Shown in pieces: positions 1 to 8,716 of a DNA stretch of 64,000 bases. Where the stretch lies: the NCBI GenBank assembly GCA_963731395.1, contig CAVSVH010000005.1:27845-91844 (forward strand), written 5' to 3'. Position 1 is the first letter of the stretch; every line of letters begins with the position of its first letter. A model generated the notes under the pieces. That model did not search any database. It was not told where the DNA came from and worked only from the letters and a program-made list of their open reading frames with translations. The stretch is from an uncultured Solirubrobacteraceae bacterium (GTDB lineage: Bacteria > Actinomycetota > Thermoleophilia > Solirubrobacterales > Solirubrobacteraceae). Position numbers and translations under genes: made by a program.

Positions 1-822
1 CACCCCCGCGTAGCCGACGTCGATCACGTTCGAGTTCAGCACGTTGAGCCCGATCCGGAAGGCCATCAGGAACACAGCGCCGATGGCGAGCCAGGGTTCG
101 GGGACGGCAAGGCGCAGCGGCGCCCGCGGCACGCCGCGGCCGAACGCCAGCAGCCCCATACGCCCCAGCAGATAGATCAGGAACGGATAGACGAGCGGGA
201 CCGAGAGTCCGATCTCGCCGTGGTTGAAGAACGCCAGCGAGATCGAGAAGCCGAGCAGCATGACGAGGTCGAGCACGAGCAGAGTCGGTCGGCGCCGCCA
301 TCGCAGGAACGGGGCGACGAGCAGCAGGCAGAGCGGCACCCAGATGTACCACGCGTTGACGCGCCGGCCGAACGCCCCCGGATACCCGCGCGCCATCGAC
401 CAGGCGACCTGGTAGCCGGTCCACGCCTGCGTGACAAATCCGGTCGAGTCGTCGACGTAGACCTGAAGCAGCTCGCGTTGCGGCTTGGTGTCCGAGAACC
501 AGGAGACCTGCCACTGCCCGGAACCCTTGGTGTACTCGTAGGGCTGTGCCTTCGGGTGCCGGCGCAGCTCGTCCTTGACCCGGACGTCGGCCGAGGCGAT
601 CTTCAGGACGGTCGCCGCCGTCAGCCGGTAGCCCGCCGGTGGGGTGTTCATCGATGTGACCAGCACCGGCGTCGTGGAGGCCGAAACGGTCGCGGTCCTG
701 GTCACCGTTCGTACCGGTGAGGCGATGTTCGTGGGCGCGGCGGTCGCCGTGCGTGCGGCGGTCGTGGTCGCAGCGCAGGCCGGACGCGCAAACGCGAGCA
801 CGGCCGCCGCGGCCGCGAGCAC
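1..822 (-). CDS. Multi-pass membrane protein, probable GT87-like glycosyltransferase; 3' end runs off the window
   Basis: Open minus frame absent from the ORF track because there is no stop in the window. Signal-like VLAAAAAVLAFA, then QVAWSMARGYPGAFGRR, TM helices and NVIDVGYAGV at the edge. Follows GtrA. Start approximate. Confidence 0.6.
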   Translation of the reverse strand, partial: MLAAAAAVLAFARPACAATTTAARTATAAPTNIASPVRTVTRTATVSASTTPVLVTSMNTPPAGYRLTAATVLKIASADVRVKDELRRHPKAQPYEYTKGSGQWQVSWFSDTKPQRELLQVYVDDSTGFVTQAWTGYQVAWSMARGYPGAFGRRVNAWYIWVPLCLLLVAPFLRWRRRPTLLVLDLVMLLGFSISLAFFNHGEIGLSVPLVYPFLIYLLGRMGLLAFGRGVPRAPLRLAVPEPWLAIGAVFLMAFRIGLNVLNSNVIDVGYAGV

Positions 823-851
823 GACGAGCAGTCGGCAGAAGCGCCTCGGTG

Positions 852-1304
852 CTAGGCCCGGAAGCTCCAGAGCTTCTGCCCGATGAAATTGAGCGGGGTT
901 GCCGCGGCGATCGAGATCGCCTGCGCGATGACCTTGGCCATCCCCGCTCCGTCGACGAGCGAGATCAGCACGACGTAGCTGAAGCCGAACGTCACCAAGG
1001 AGACCGCGAAGAACCTCAGCCCCTGCTGTACGGGGTGGGACTCCCTGGTGTGGCTGAATGTCCAGTGGCGATTCCACCAGAAGTTGTTGAGCACCGAGAC
1101 GACATACGCGATCACCGCCGCCACCTTGTAGTCGATCCCGATCACGTGCACGCATAGAGCGAACACCAGCAGGTTGACGAGGTAGCCAGTCGCGCCAACG
1201 CCGGCGAAGCGGATCAGCTGAAACCAGTTGTGCGGCTTGCGGATCCCGTGCCGGACGCGGTGGTGAAACGGCAGGGGGACGGCCGGGATCAGCTCTTCGG
1301 GCAT
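852..1304 (-). CDS. GtrA family protein
   Basis: QLIRFAGVGATGYLVNL...NNFWWNRHWTF...LNFIGQKLWSF pattern, 4 TM. Confidence 0.9.
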   Translation of the reverse strand: MPEELIPAVPLPFHHRVRHGIRKPHNWFQLIRFAGVGATGYLVNLLVFALCVHVIGIDYKVAAVIAYVVSVLNNFWWNRHWTFSHTRESHPVQQGLRFFAVSLVTFGFSYVVLISLVDGAGMAKVIAQAISIAAATPLNFIGQKLWSFRA

Positions 1305-1365
1305 CGGGCAAATGTAGCCACGGAATGTTGAGTCGCCGTAAGAGACCGCATGACCTAACGACTTG

Positions 1366-2853
1366 CTAATCGGTCCCCGCCGAGCATCCTAAACCGAAAT
1401 GTCCGCGGATCATCGGCGCGATATCGCGCAACGACCACTGTTCATGCGCGGTGCGGGAATCGGGACCGGTCCCGCACCACAGCAGCGCCCCCAGCGAATC
1501 GGACCGATGCAGGGATCCGTGCGAGCCACCGCCGACGTGGTCAGAGCCTCCCCAGTCGACGAACTCGTAGCCCGGAGCGGCCGACAACAGGATCTCGCCC
1601 GCGCTCGGGCAGTGCACCGCCGACCAGACCCGCGCCAGCGCGTCCGGATATTCGGTGCTGAGGATGCGGCCGTCCTGGATCTCGGCGCGCAGGACCCCAA
1701 GGTCGCCCTCGACGCTCCAGCGCTCGCCGCGGGTGTCGCGCAGCTCCCCTCCCGCGGTGAACCGCAGCTCGCCGCGACGGCTGCGGACAACGGCCTCGTC
1801 GTCGTGGCGCCAAATCGTCAGGTCGACGCCGTCGAGGTCGCCGACCACGGCGCGCGCCCGGCGCAGCGTCTCCGCCGCCGTGTCGGGGTCGAGCGCGTAG
1901 ATCATCGCCGATCGCTGCGCCGGGCTGAGCGCCAGCTCGGCGGCGGGCGCCCGCGACGGACTGGGACGGGCGACGTCGAAGTCGGCGAACGCCAGGTCCA
2001 AGCGGATGCGCTCCTCGACCGGCGCCTGGGAATGGTCTGAGCAGACGATCACCGCGTACTGCTCCAGGAATTCGTCGGGACCGCCGGCGGAATGCATCAG
2101 CCGCTCGAGCTGGCGGTCGGCGGCCGCCAGTGAGGTCACCTGAGCGTGCGGCCCGTTGCGATGCGAGTACGCGTCGTTGTCGGGCAGCGAATAGAGCATG
2201 AAGTCGAACAGGTCGTGCTCCACCAGATAGGAGCCGACGCAGCCCGTGTGCTGATCGCGGGCTCCCGGCAACCCGAGCTGCCCGCGACACCCCGTGCGCC
2301 GCGACGCGTACAGGTCGGCATAGAAGAGCTCCCGTGGCCCCTCGATCGTGCGCCGAAACAGCGTCGAGGTGACGATGCGGGCGAGCGCCGACTCGTTGGA
2401 CACCTCGTGCTCGTGCCGGCCGCGATAGATGAGGTAGGTGGTTCCGGCGGTGCGAACGTCGCCGTCGTCGAGCGATTCGAACACGGTCTCCACGTCGCGC
2501 GAGAGGTGTTCGGAGTTCATCCGGTAGACGGTGTCGGTCAGCGACCGCAGGACCCCGAACTGGCGCGAGGCCGAGAAGCTCGACCCGTACTCGACGTAGC
2601 GCCCCTCCTCGCGGTGGTACCAGTTCATGCTCGGAATGAGGTGCTCGTCGGGCCCGACGCCGGTGGTGATCGTTGCCGCGCACACCGGCGTCACCGATGG
2701 GAATGCCGCGGCGCAGTCGCCGACATAGACGCCCTGCTCGCGGATCCGAGCCATCGCGGGGGCGCGACCGGACGCGATCACCCGCTCGAGCATCGCCGGC
2801 TTCATCGCGTCGACGACGACGAGCACGAGCTTCCTGGGCTCGCCTGAGGGCAC
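1366..2853 (-). CDS. Alkaline phosphatase family / nucleotide pyrophosphatase-phosphodiesterase
   Basis: LVLVVVDAM, FPSVTP, D-x-x-x-H (DAYSH), SDH and SHGS metal-binding motifs. GTG start chosen just after the upstream stop. Confidence 0.85.
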   Translation of the reverse strand: MPSGEPRKLVLVVVDAMKPAMLERVIASGRAPAMARIREQGVYVGDCAAAFPSVTPVCAATITTGVGPDEHLIPSMNWYHREEGRYVEYGSSFSASRQFGVLRSLTDTVYRMNSEHLSRDVETVFESLDDGDVRTAGTTYLIYRGRHEHEVSNESALARIVTSTLFRRTIEGPRELFYADLYASRRTGCRGQLGLPGARDQHTGCVGSYLVEHDLFDFMLYSLPDNDAYSHRNGPHAQVTSLAAADRQLERLMHSAGGPDEFLEQYAVIVCSDHSQAPVEERIRLDLAFADFDVARPSPSRAPAAELALSPAQRSAMIYALDPDTAAETLRRARAVVGDLDGVDLTIWRHDDEAVVRSRRGELRFTAGGELRDTRGERWSVEGDLGVLRAEIQDGRILSTEYPDALARVWSAVHCPSAGEILLSAAPGYEFVDWGGSDHVGGGSHGSLHRSDSLGALLWCGTGPDSRTAHEQWSLRDIAPMIRGHFGLGCSAGTD

Positions 2854-2858
2854 GCAGC

Positions 2859-3449
2859 TCAGCGGAGGATTCGCAGGCCGGCGTACTTCTGATCCTCGCG
2901 ACGGCGCCCGGCGAACACCAGCCACAGCAGCAGCGCGAGGACGACGAGACCGACCGGGGGCAGCAGCACGGACAGCACCGCCGCGACGAGGGCGGTGGCC
3001 TCGGCGAACAGCGGCAGCGCTCCCGCCGCCTGCGCGTCGAGCCGGGTTCTCACCCGAGCGAGAAGCGGCACCGTGGCGAGGATCCCGATCCCGGCGCAGA
3101 TGACGCCGCCGACGAGACCGGGCCAGACCGCGTAATGACCACGCGCCAGGGAGCCGCCGAAGAACAGGGCCCCGATCACGAGGCTGCAGGCCGCAATGGC
3201 GAGCGCCACACGCCGCTGCTGAAGCGTGTCACCGGCGGCGCGGCGTTCGCTGAGCGCGAGGAGTGCGACGCCGATCACCATGACAAGCAGGAACAGGCTG
3301 CCCTCCAGGAAAGAATAACTGGAGTGGGTGAAATCGATCTGAGCATCGGCGGCGCCGAGGCCGCCAACCGCGAGCGCGGGCAGGAAGGGTCGGATCCCCA
3401 CTGCCGCAGCGATTCCGATCCCCTGGAAGATGTCGAAGACGAGGTGCAC
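2859..3449 (-). CDS. DUF4126-like membrane protein
   Basis: GIGIAAAVGIRPFLP N-terminal motif; hydrophobic throughout. Confidence 0.7.
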   Translation of the reverse strand: MHLVFDIFQGIGIAAAVGIRPFLPALAVGGLGAADAQIDFTHSSYSFLEGSLFLLVMVIGVALLALSERRAAGDTLQQRRVALAIAACSLVIGALFFGGSLARGHYAVWPGLVGGVICAGIGILATVPLLARVRTRLDAQAAGALPLFAEATALVAAVLSVLLPPVGLVVLALLLWLVFAGRRREDQKYAGLRILR

Positions 3450-3460
3450 CGTGCTGTACC

Positions 3461-5017
3461 GTGAGCAAGCGTGACGATAGACGAGAGGGCAGCGTGAGCC
3501 CGGACGGGCTGCAGCGCGGCGACTCGGACTCCGCCCACCCCGGCAGTCACCCGAAACCGGCCCCTCCGCGTCGGCGCTCCACCGTCCGCGACATCGAGCG
3601 CTACGCCTCGCTGTTCGCAGCGCGAACCAAGGTCATGCGCTCCTCGGCGATGCGTGACCTGATGGCGCTGACCGAGCGCGACGACGTGATCTCGCTCGCC
3701 GGAGGACTGCCGGACACCTCGACGTTCCCCGCCGACTCGTACGCCGCGCTGATGGGCACGATCGCGAGCGAATCGTGTGCGCGCGCGCTCCAGTACGGCC
3801 CCACCGAGGGCTTTGAGCGGGTCAAGCGGTGCGTCGCCGAGGTGATGGCGGCCGAGGGCATGGAGATCGACACCGACGAAGTGCTCATCACCACCGGCGG
3901 CCAGCAGGTCATCGATCTCGTCTGCAAGACGCTGATCGACCCCGGTGACGTCGTCGTGGCCGAGGCGCCCACCTATCCGGGGGCGATTCCGACCTTCTCC
4001 GCGTATCAGGCCGACCTCGTCCAGATCGCGATGGATCGTGACGGGATGCGGATCGACGAGCTGCAGACGACGCTCGACGAGCTGGAACGCGCCGGGCGGC
4101 GCCCGAAGTTCATCTATACGGTCCCCAACTTCCACAACCCAGCCGGCGTGACGATGTCGCTCGAGCGCCGCCGCCGGCTCGTGGCGCTCGCCGGCGAGCG
4201 CGAGCTGCTCGTGCTGGAGGACAACCCGTACGGGCTCCTGCGCTACGAGGGCGAGCCGCTGCCCACCCTCTACTCTCTCGACGACGAGTTCGTGATCTAC
4301 GCGGGCACGTTCTCCAAGATCCTCTCACCCGGGGTGCGCCTCGGCTGGAGCGTCGCCCCCGCGCCGATCCTGCAGAAGATGCAGATCGGCAAGCAGGGAT
4401 CGGATCTGTGCTCGTCGTCGATCTCGCAGTACTTCGTCAGCGCCTACTTCGACGCCGGGCCCTGGGACGACTACGTCCGCTCACTGCTGGAGATCTACCG
4501 GCGGCGTCGCGACGTGATGCTCGACGCGCTCGCCGAGCACTTTCCCCGCGAGGCCGACTGGACCCACCCCCAGGGCGGCCTGTTCATCTGGGCGACGATG
4601 CCGGACTACATCGACACCACCGACCTGCTGGCGCGCGCACTGCGCGACCACGTCGCTTTCGTTCCCGGCCGCTCCGCGTTCGTCGACGGTCGCGGTGGAT
4701 CGGCGATGCGCCTGAACTTCTCCGGGGTCGGCGAGGATGCGATCCGCGAGGGGGTGCGACGGATCGGCGAGGTCGTCCGCGAGCAGGTCGCCATGTACGG
4801 CACCCTCACGGGAGCCCGACCCGCCGAGCCCGACCGCGACGCAGCGTCGCGCGACGATGCCGGCAGATCCGCCCCCGGCGCGCGTGCCGCGGCGACCGCG
4901 GCGCGCTATCCGGAGCCACCGCCGTCCACAGCGCCCACTCCGGAGGCGACCAGGCAGGCCGAGGACGAGCTGGCAAAGGTCCTGACGCTGCCCGCCAAGC
5001 GCACGCGCGCCGGATGA
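3461..5017 (+). CDS. PLP-dependent aminotransferase class I/II (LysN-like)
   Basis: ISLAGGLPD, YGPTEG, PNFHNPAG, EDNPY and TFSKILSPGVRLGW motifs. Confidence 0.92.
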   Translation: MSKRDDRREGSVSPDGLQRGDSDSAHPGSHPKPAPPRRRSTVRDIERYASLFAARTKVMRSSAMRDLMALTERDDVISLAGGLPDTSTFPADSYAALMGTIASESCARALQYGPTEGFERVKRCVAEVMAAEGMEIDTDEVLITTGGQQVIDLVCKTLIDPGDVVVAEAPTYPGAIPTFSAYQADLVQIAMDRDGMRIDELQTTLDELERAGRRPKFIYTVPNFHNPAGVTMSLERRRRLVALAGERELLVLEDNPYGLLRYEGEPLPTLYSLDDEFVIYAGTFSKILSPGVRLGWSVAPAPILQKMQIGKQGSDLCSSSISQYFVSAYFDAGPWDDYVRSLLEIYRRRRDVMLDALAEHFPREADWTHPQGGLFIWATMPDYIDTTDLLARALRDHVAFVPGRSAFVDGRGGSAMRLNFSGVGEDAIREGVRRIGEVVREQVAMYGTLTGARPAEPDRDAASRDDAGRSAPGARAAATAARYPEPPPSTAPTPEATRQAEDELAKVLTLPAKRTRAG

Positions 5018-5976
5018 GCCGGGTGGCGGTGCTGAAGGGCGGGCGCTCGCTGGAGCGCCAGGTCTCGCTGCGCTCCGGCGCCCGCGTGCAGGACGCCCTG
5101 GAGCGACTCGGCCACGAGGTGGCGCCCATCGACGTCGGTCCCGATCTCGTCACCCGGCTGGAGGCGAACCGGCCCGACGTGGCGTTCGTCGCGCTGCACG
5201 GCCGTGACGGCGAGGACGGCACCGTGCAGGAGCTCCTCGAGGTTATGGGGGTCCCGTACACCGGCTCGGGCGTCTCCGCCTGCATCCGGGCGGCGGACAA
5301 GGTGCTCGCCAAGCACGCGATGCGCGACCACGGTATTCCTACCCCGGACTTCTACGCGTTCAACGAGACCGCTCTCGAAGCCCTTGGCGCTGCCCAGGCG
5401 CTGCCCGCGATCGAGGACCGGCTGGCGTTCCCGATCGTCGTCAAGCCGGCCCGACAGGGTTCGGCGCTCGGCATCAAGTTCGCCCGCACCGCAGCCGATG
5501 TGCCCGGCGCCCTGGTGGCGGCGTTCTCCTATGACCGCAAGGTCCTGCTCGAGCGCTACATCGATGGGCGTGAGCTGGCGGTCTCGATCCTCGAAGAGGA
5601 GGGCGTTCCGACATCGCTGCCGATCGTCGAGGCGGTGCCCGAGCAGGAGGACTTCTACGACTTCGAGGCGCGCTACGAGATCGGCCGCACCCGGTTCGTC
5701 TGTCCCGCCGCGCTCGACGACGCGGTGGCGCACCGCGCCAGCCAGATCGCCCTCGATACGTACTCGCTGCTGGGCTGTGCCGGCTTCGCCCGCGTGGACC
5801 TGATGCTGGCGAGGGACGCGGAGTCCGTGCAATCCGCGCTCTATGTCCTGGAGGCCAACCCGATCCCCGGGCTGACCGAGACGAGCCTGCTGCCCCAGGC
5901 GGCCGAGGCGGCGGGGATCTCGTTCGACGCCTTCGTGGAGCGGGTGCTGGCCGCCGTGGTCGTGCCCGCGGCCTGA
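5014..5976 (+). CDS. ddl: D-alanine--D-alanine ligase
   Basis: VAVLKGGRSLERQVSLRSG, ALHGRDGEDG, GVPYTGSG, EANPIPG. ATGA overlap with the upstream gene. Confidence 0.93.
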   Translation: MSRVAVLKGGRSLERQVSLRSGARVQDALERLGHEVAPIDVGPDLVTRLEANRPDVAFVALHGRDGEDGTVQELLEVMGVPYTGSGVSACIRAADKVLAKHAMRDHGIPTPDFYAFNETALEALGAAQALPAIEDRLAFPIVVKPARQGSALGIKFARTAADVPGALVAAFSYDRKVLLERYIDGRELAVSILEEEGVPTSLPIVEAVPEQEDFYDFEARYEIGRTRFVCPAALDDAVAHRASQIALDTYSLLGCAGFARVDLMLARDAESVQSALYVLEANPIPGLTETSLLPQAAEAAGISFDAFVERVLAAVVVPAA

Positions 5977-6001
5977 TCGGGACCGGCGACGGCGAGCTCG
6001 C

Positions 6002-6490
6002 CTATTCGTCGGAGGCGAAGTCCTCCGGCGTGACCCGGTCGAGGAAGTCCTTGAACTTCTCGACCACCTCCTCCGTGTCCTCGACCTCGTGCTCGAACTC
6101 GATCGCGGACTCGGTGATCACCTCGTCGGCGGCGAAGATCGGGGCCCCGGAGCGGACCGCCAGGGCGAGCGCGTCAGAGGGGCGCGAGTCGATTTCGAGG
6201 TCACGGCCGGCGGCGCGGAGGCTGATCGAGGCGTAGAACGTGTTCTCGCGCAGCTCGGTGACCGCGACGCGCGTGCATTCGACTTCGAGCTCGCCGAGCA
6301 CATCCGACAGGAGGTCGTGGGTCATCGGACGGGGCGTCGAAGCGCCCTGCAGCTTCATCAGGATCGCGGCCGCCTCCGGGTGACCGATCCAGATCGGCAG
6401 GAACTTGTTGCTTTCCACGGTCTTGAGCAGCACGATCGGCTGCTTGCCGACCATGTCGAAGCTCACGCCGTAGATCACCATTTCCTGCAA
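6002..6490 (-). CDS. Bifunctional nuclease family protein (DUF151)
   Basis: LPIWIGHPEA, PRPMTHDLL, IDSRPSDALALA. TTG start preceded by GAGGAG. Confidence 0.92.
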   Translation of the reverse strand: MQEMVIYGVSFDMVGKQPIVLLKTVESNKFLPIWIGHPEAAAILMKLQGASTPRPMTHDLLSDVLGELEVECTRVAVTELRENTFYASISLRAAGRDLEIDSRPSDALALAVRSGAPIFAADEVITESAIEFEHEVEDTEEVVEKFKDFLDRVTPEDFASDE

Positions 6491-6727
6491 CGCCTTGCTC
6501 CTCGTCGGGTCGGGGCAAGTATAGGCCTCCCTATCTGGACGGCCGCTCGGGACCCCGCCGCCGTCTTCGCGGGCCCGTCGGCATCGAGCGCGAACGCCGA
6601 CGACCGTTGCGGTCGTGGGCGAGCACGAGGGGTCACCACCGCGCTGGTAGCGTTCGCGGTCCGCAGCTGCGGACGGCACCGGGCGGACCATCACGGTGGA
6701 CGCCGAGACCCACTGCAAAGGACGACC

Positions 6728-7198
6728 GTGAGCACATCAGAGACGTCCGGTCTGGTGACCGACCTGGCCGGTCTGCCGGGACTGGTCGGCAGCCACGCCG
6801 GCTACACGCCATGGCACGAGATGGATCAGGAGCGCGTCAACCTGTTTGCTGATGCCACCGACGACCATCAGTACATCCACGTCGACGTGGAGCGCGCCAA
6901 GGAGTCCCCGTTCGGCGGGACGATCGCGCACGGGTTCCTCACCCTCTCCCTGCTGGCCCCGATCACCGGTGAGCTGATCACGATCACCGACGCCGGCATG
7001 GGCGTCAACTACGGCCTCGACCGGGTCCGCTTCCCGGCGCCGCTCCCGGTCGGCGGTCACTGGCGCGGCGGCGCCGAGCTGCTCGAGGTCTCGGAGATCC
7101 CCGGCGGAGTGCAGTGCAAGCTCCGGGTGACCGTCGAGATCAAGGGATCCGAGAAGCCGGCGATGGTGGCCGACTCGCTCGTCCGCATCTACGGCTGA
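6728..7198 (+). CDS. MaoC family dehydratase
   Basis: FADATDDHQYIHVD, PFGGTIAHGFLTLSL, NYGLDRVRFPAP. Confidence 0.92.
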   Translation: MSTSETSGLVTDLAGLPGLVGSHAGYTPWHEMDQERVNLFADATDDHQYIHVDVERAKESPFGGTIAHGFLTLSLLAPITGELITITDAGMGVNYGLDRVRFPAPLPVGGHWRGGAELLEVSEIPGGVQCKLRVTVEIKGSEKPAMVADSLVRIYG

Positions 7199-7263
7199 AG
7201 ACCCGATCCCGCCTATGGCAGGAAGAGGCGTTGGCGATGGACGCGTCTCGCGTCCCCGTGACC

Positions 7264-7484
7264 ACAAAAAGGCTGACGCGACCCCAAAGCCTGGATGGGT
7301 CGCGTTCTGTTGCTACCGCTATCCGGTATCTCCCTGACGCGACCGTCTCACCTCCGGGGGTCGCGTCGTGGATTTTCGGGTTCCCACGTTGCCCCCTCGT
7401 CACCGGGGCTTAAAGTGAGAGCGCCCCGGTACCGGCGGGATATGAGGCCGGACTCGGGGCGCGCTCGAGGGAGGAGAGGTACTG
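7264..7484 (-). ncRNA. Candidate structured small RNA (about 220 nt) divergent from LysR
   Basis: Five to six hairpins, a minus-strand intrinsic terminator, a -10-like CATGCT at 7495-7490 and a LysR box about 67 nt upstream. No convincing ORF. Confidence 0.6.
7266..7305 (-). terminator. Intrinsic terminator, minus strand
   Basis: Perfect 9-bp stem ACGCGACCC/GGGTCGCGT (7276-7284/7297-7305) followed by CAGCC-TTTTT on the minus strand. Confidence 0.75.
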
Positions 7485-7543
7485 CCCGAAGCATGATGCG
7501 CTTCTCCTCGTCAGAAGTCCAAGACGAGTATCGGCACTCATTT

Positions 7544-7558
7544 ATAATGTAAGCTTAT
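7544..7558. promoter_or_regulatory. LysR-type binding box overlapping the lysR -10 (TATAAT) and start codon
   Basis: ATAA-N7-TTAT (T-N11-A dyad). TATAAT at 7543-7548 lies 8 nt before the ATG, implying a leaderless transcript. Confidence 0.75.
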
Positions 7559-8480
7559 GGAGCTTCGACAGCTGCGCTACCTCACCGCCCTCGCCGAGGA
7601 ACTGAACTTCACGCGGGCGGCGGCGAACGAGCATGTCGCCCAGCCGGCGCTGTCTCAGCAGATCCGGCGCCTCGAGGACGAGGTGGGGCTGGCGCTCGTC
7701 GAGCGCACGACCCGCCACGTCGCCCTCACCGAAGCCGGGGAGGTCCTGGCGGTCCGTGCTCGCCGGATCCTCAGCGAGCTCGACGCCGCCTCCGACGAGC
7801 TTCAGGCCCTGCGCGGGATCAACACGGGTCACGTGACGATCGGCGCGATGCACACGATGGGGCCGGTCGACCTGTCGCTCGCGCTGGCGCTGTTTCGCGA
7901 CCGCCATCCCGACGTCGGCCTGACCGTCCGTGAGCATTCGAGCGAGGAGATGGGCGAGATGCTCCGGGTCGACGAGCTCGATCTGGCCTTCCTGTCGGTC
8001 ACCGAGCAGGTCGAGGCACACGGGCTTGGCCTGCATCAGCTCGTGTCCGAGGCGCTCGTCGTCCTCCTGCCGCTCGGCCACCCCCTCAGCGGCCACCCGG
8101 TCCGGATGGCCGAGCTCGCCGGCGAGCAGTTCATCTCCTACCGAGCGGGCGCCCGGCTGCGCGAGCTTCTGTTCGCGGCCGGTCGCGAGGCCGGGTTCGA
8201 ACCCCGGGTGACGCTCGAATCCAACGAGAGCCAGCGGATCCGGCGCCTCGTCGCACGCGGGCTGGGAGTCGCGATCCTCCCCCGCTCCGATGCTGAGCAA
8301 CCGGGAGAGGACGTGGCGGTGGCGCCGCTCGTGCAACCGGCGCTGCGGCGCGACATCACGCTGGCCTGGCGCGACGGTCGCCGCCTCGCCCCGGCGGCTG
8401 CCGCATTCCTCGATCTGGCACGCGAGACTTTTGAGGGGGAGGAGCCGGACGAACCGGCAATCGAGAAGCTGTATTTTTAA
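7557..8480 (+). CDS. LysR family transcriptional regulator
   Basis: MELRQLRYLTALAEELNFTRAA...QPALSQQIRRLE HTH. Confidence 0.96.
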   Translation: MELRQLRYLTALAEELNFTRAAANEHVAQPALSQQIRRLEDEVGLALVERTTRHVALTEAGEVLAVRARRILSELDAASDELQALRGINTGHVTIGAMHTMGPVDLSLALALFRDRHPDVGLTVREHSSEEMGEMLRVDELDLAFLSVTEQVEAHGLGLHQLVSEALVVLLPLGHPLSGHPVRMAELAGEQFISYRAGARLRELLFAAGREAGFEPRVTLESNESQRIRRLVARGLGVAILPRSDAEQPGEDVAVAPLVQPALRRDITLAWRDGRRLAPAAAAFLDLARETFEGEEPDEPAIEKLYF

Positions 8481-8669
8481 GCGGCGGGGATCGGGTGGCC
8501 GGGCCGAACGCCTCGCTTCCGAAACGCTTATGTCTCGCTAACGCGGTCCTTCGGCGGCGAACACAACCGCTTGAGGGTGCTCCGGCGTAATCCCACCGAT
8601 GCTGGGAAATCCCTCTGGGGGAGAAAGACCGCCACGGTCACGAATAGCCGTCGACACCTCTGGCATAGT

Positions 8670-8698
8670 TCGACAATCGTCGTACAAGGTGTTATCAT
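8670..8698 (+). promoter_or_regulatory. Sigma70-type promoter for the sigma factor gene
   Basis: TCGACA-N17-TATCAT. Confidence 0.5.
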
Positions 8699-8716
8699 TA
8701 TCGACGGAGCAAAATC

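Noticed and set aside
5014-5976. ddl as a vanA-type ligase linked to the VanRS-like genes
   Set aside because: Retains the omega-loop Tyr, lies 30 kb away in core context, and has no vanH or vanX neighbours.
7348-7494. 48-codon minus-strand ORF (MLRAVPLLPRARPESG...) with GAGGAG 9 nt upstream
   Set aside because: Uses many codons rare in high-GC genes (CTT, GTA, CGA, ATA, TTA, ACT), has no recognisable motif, and its ATG lies within the predicted -10. The RNA interpretation fits better, though a peptide is not excluded.
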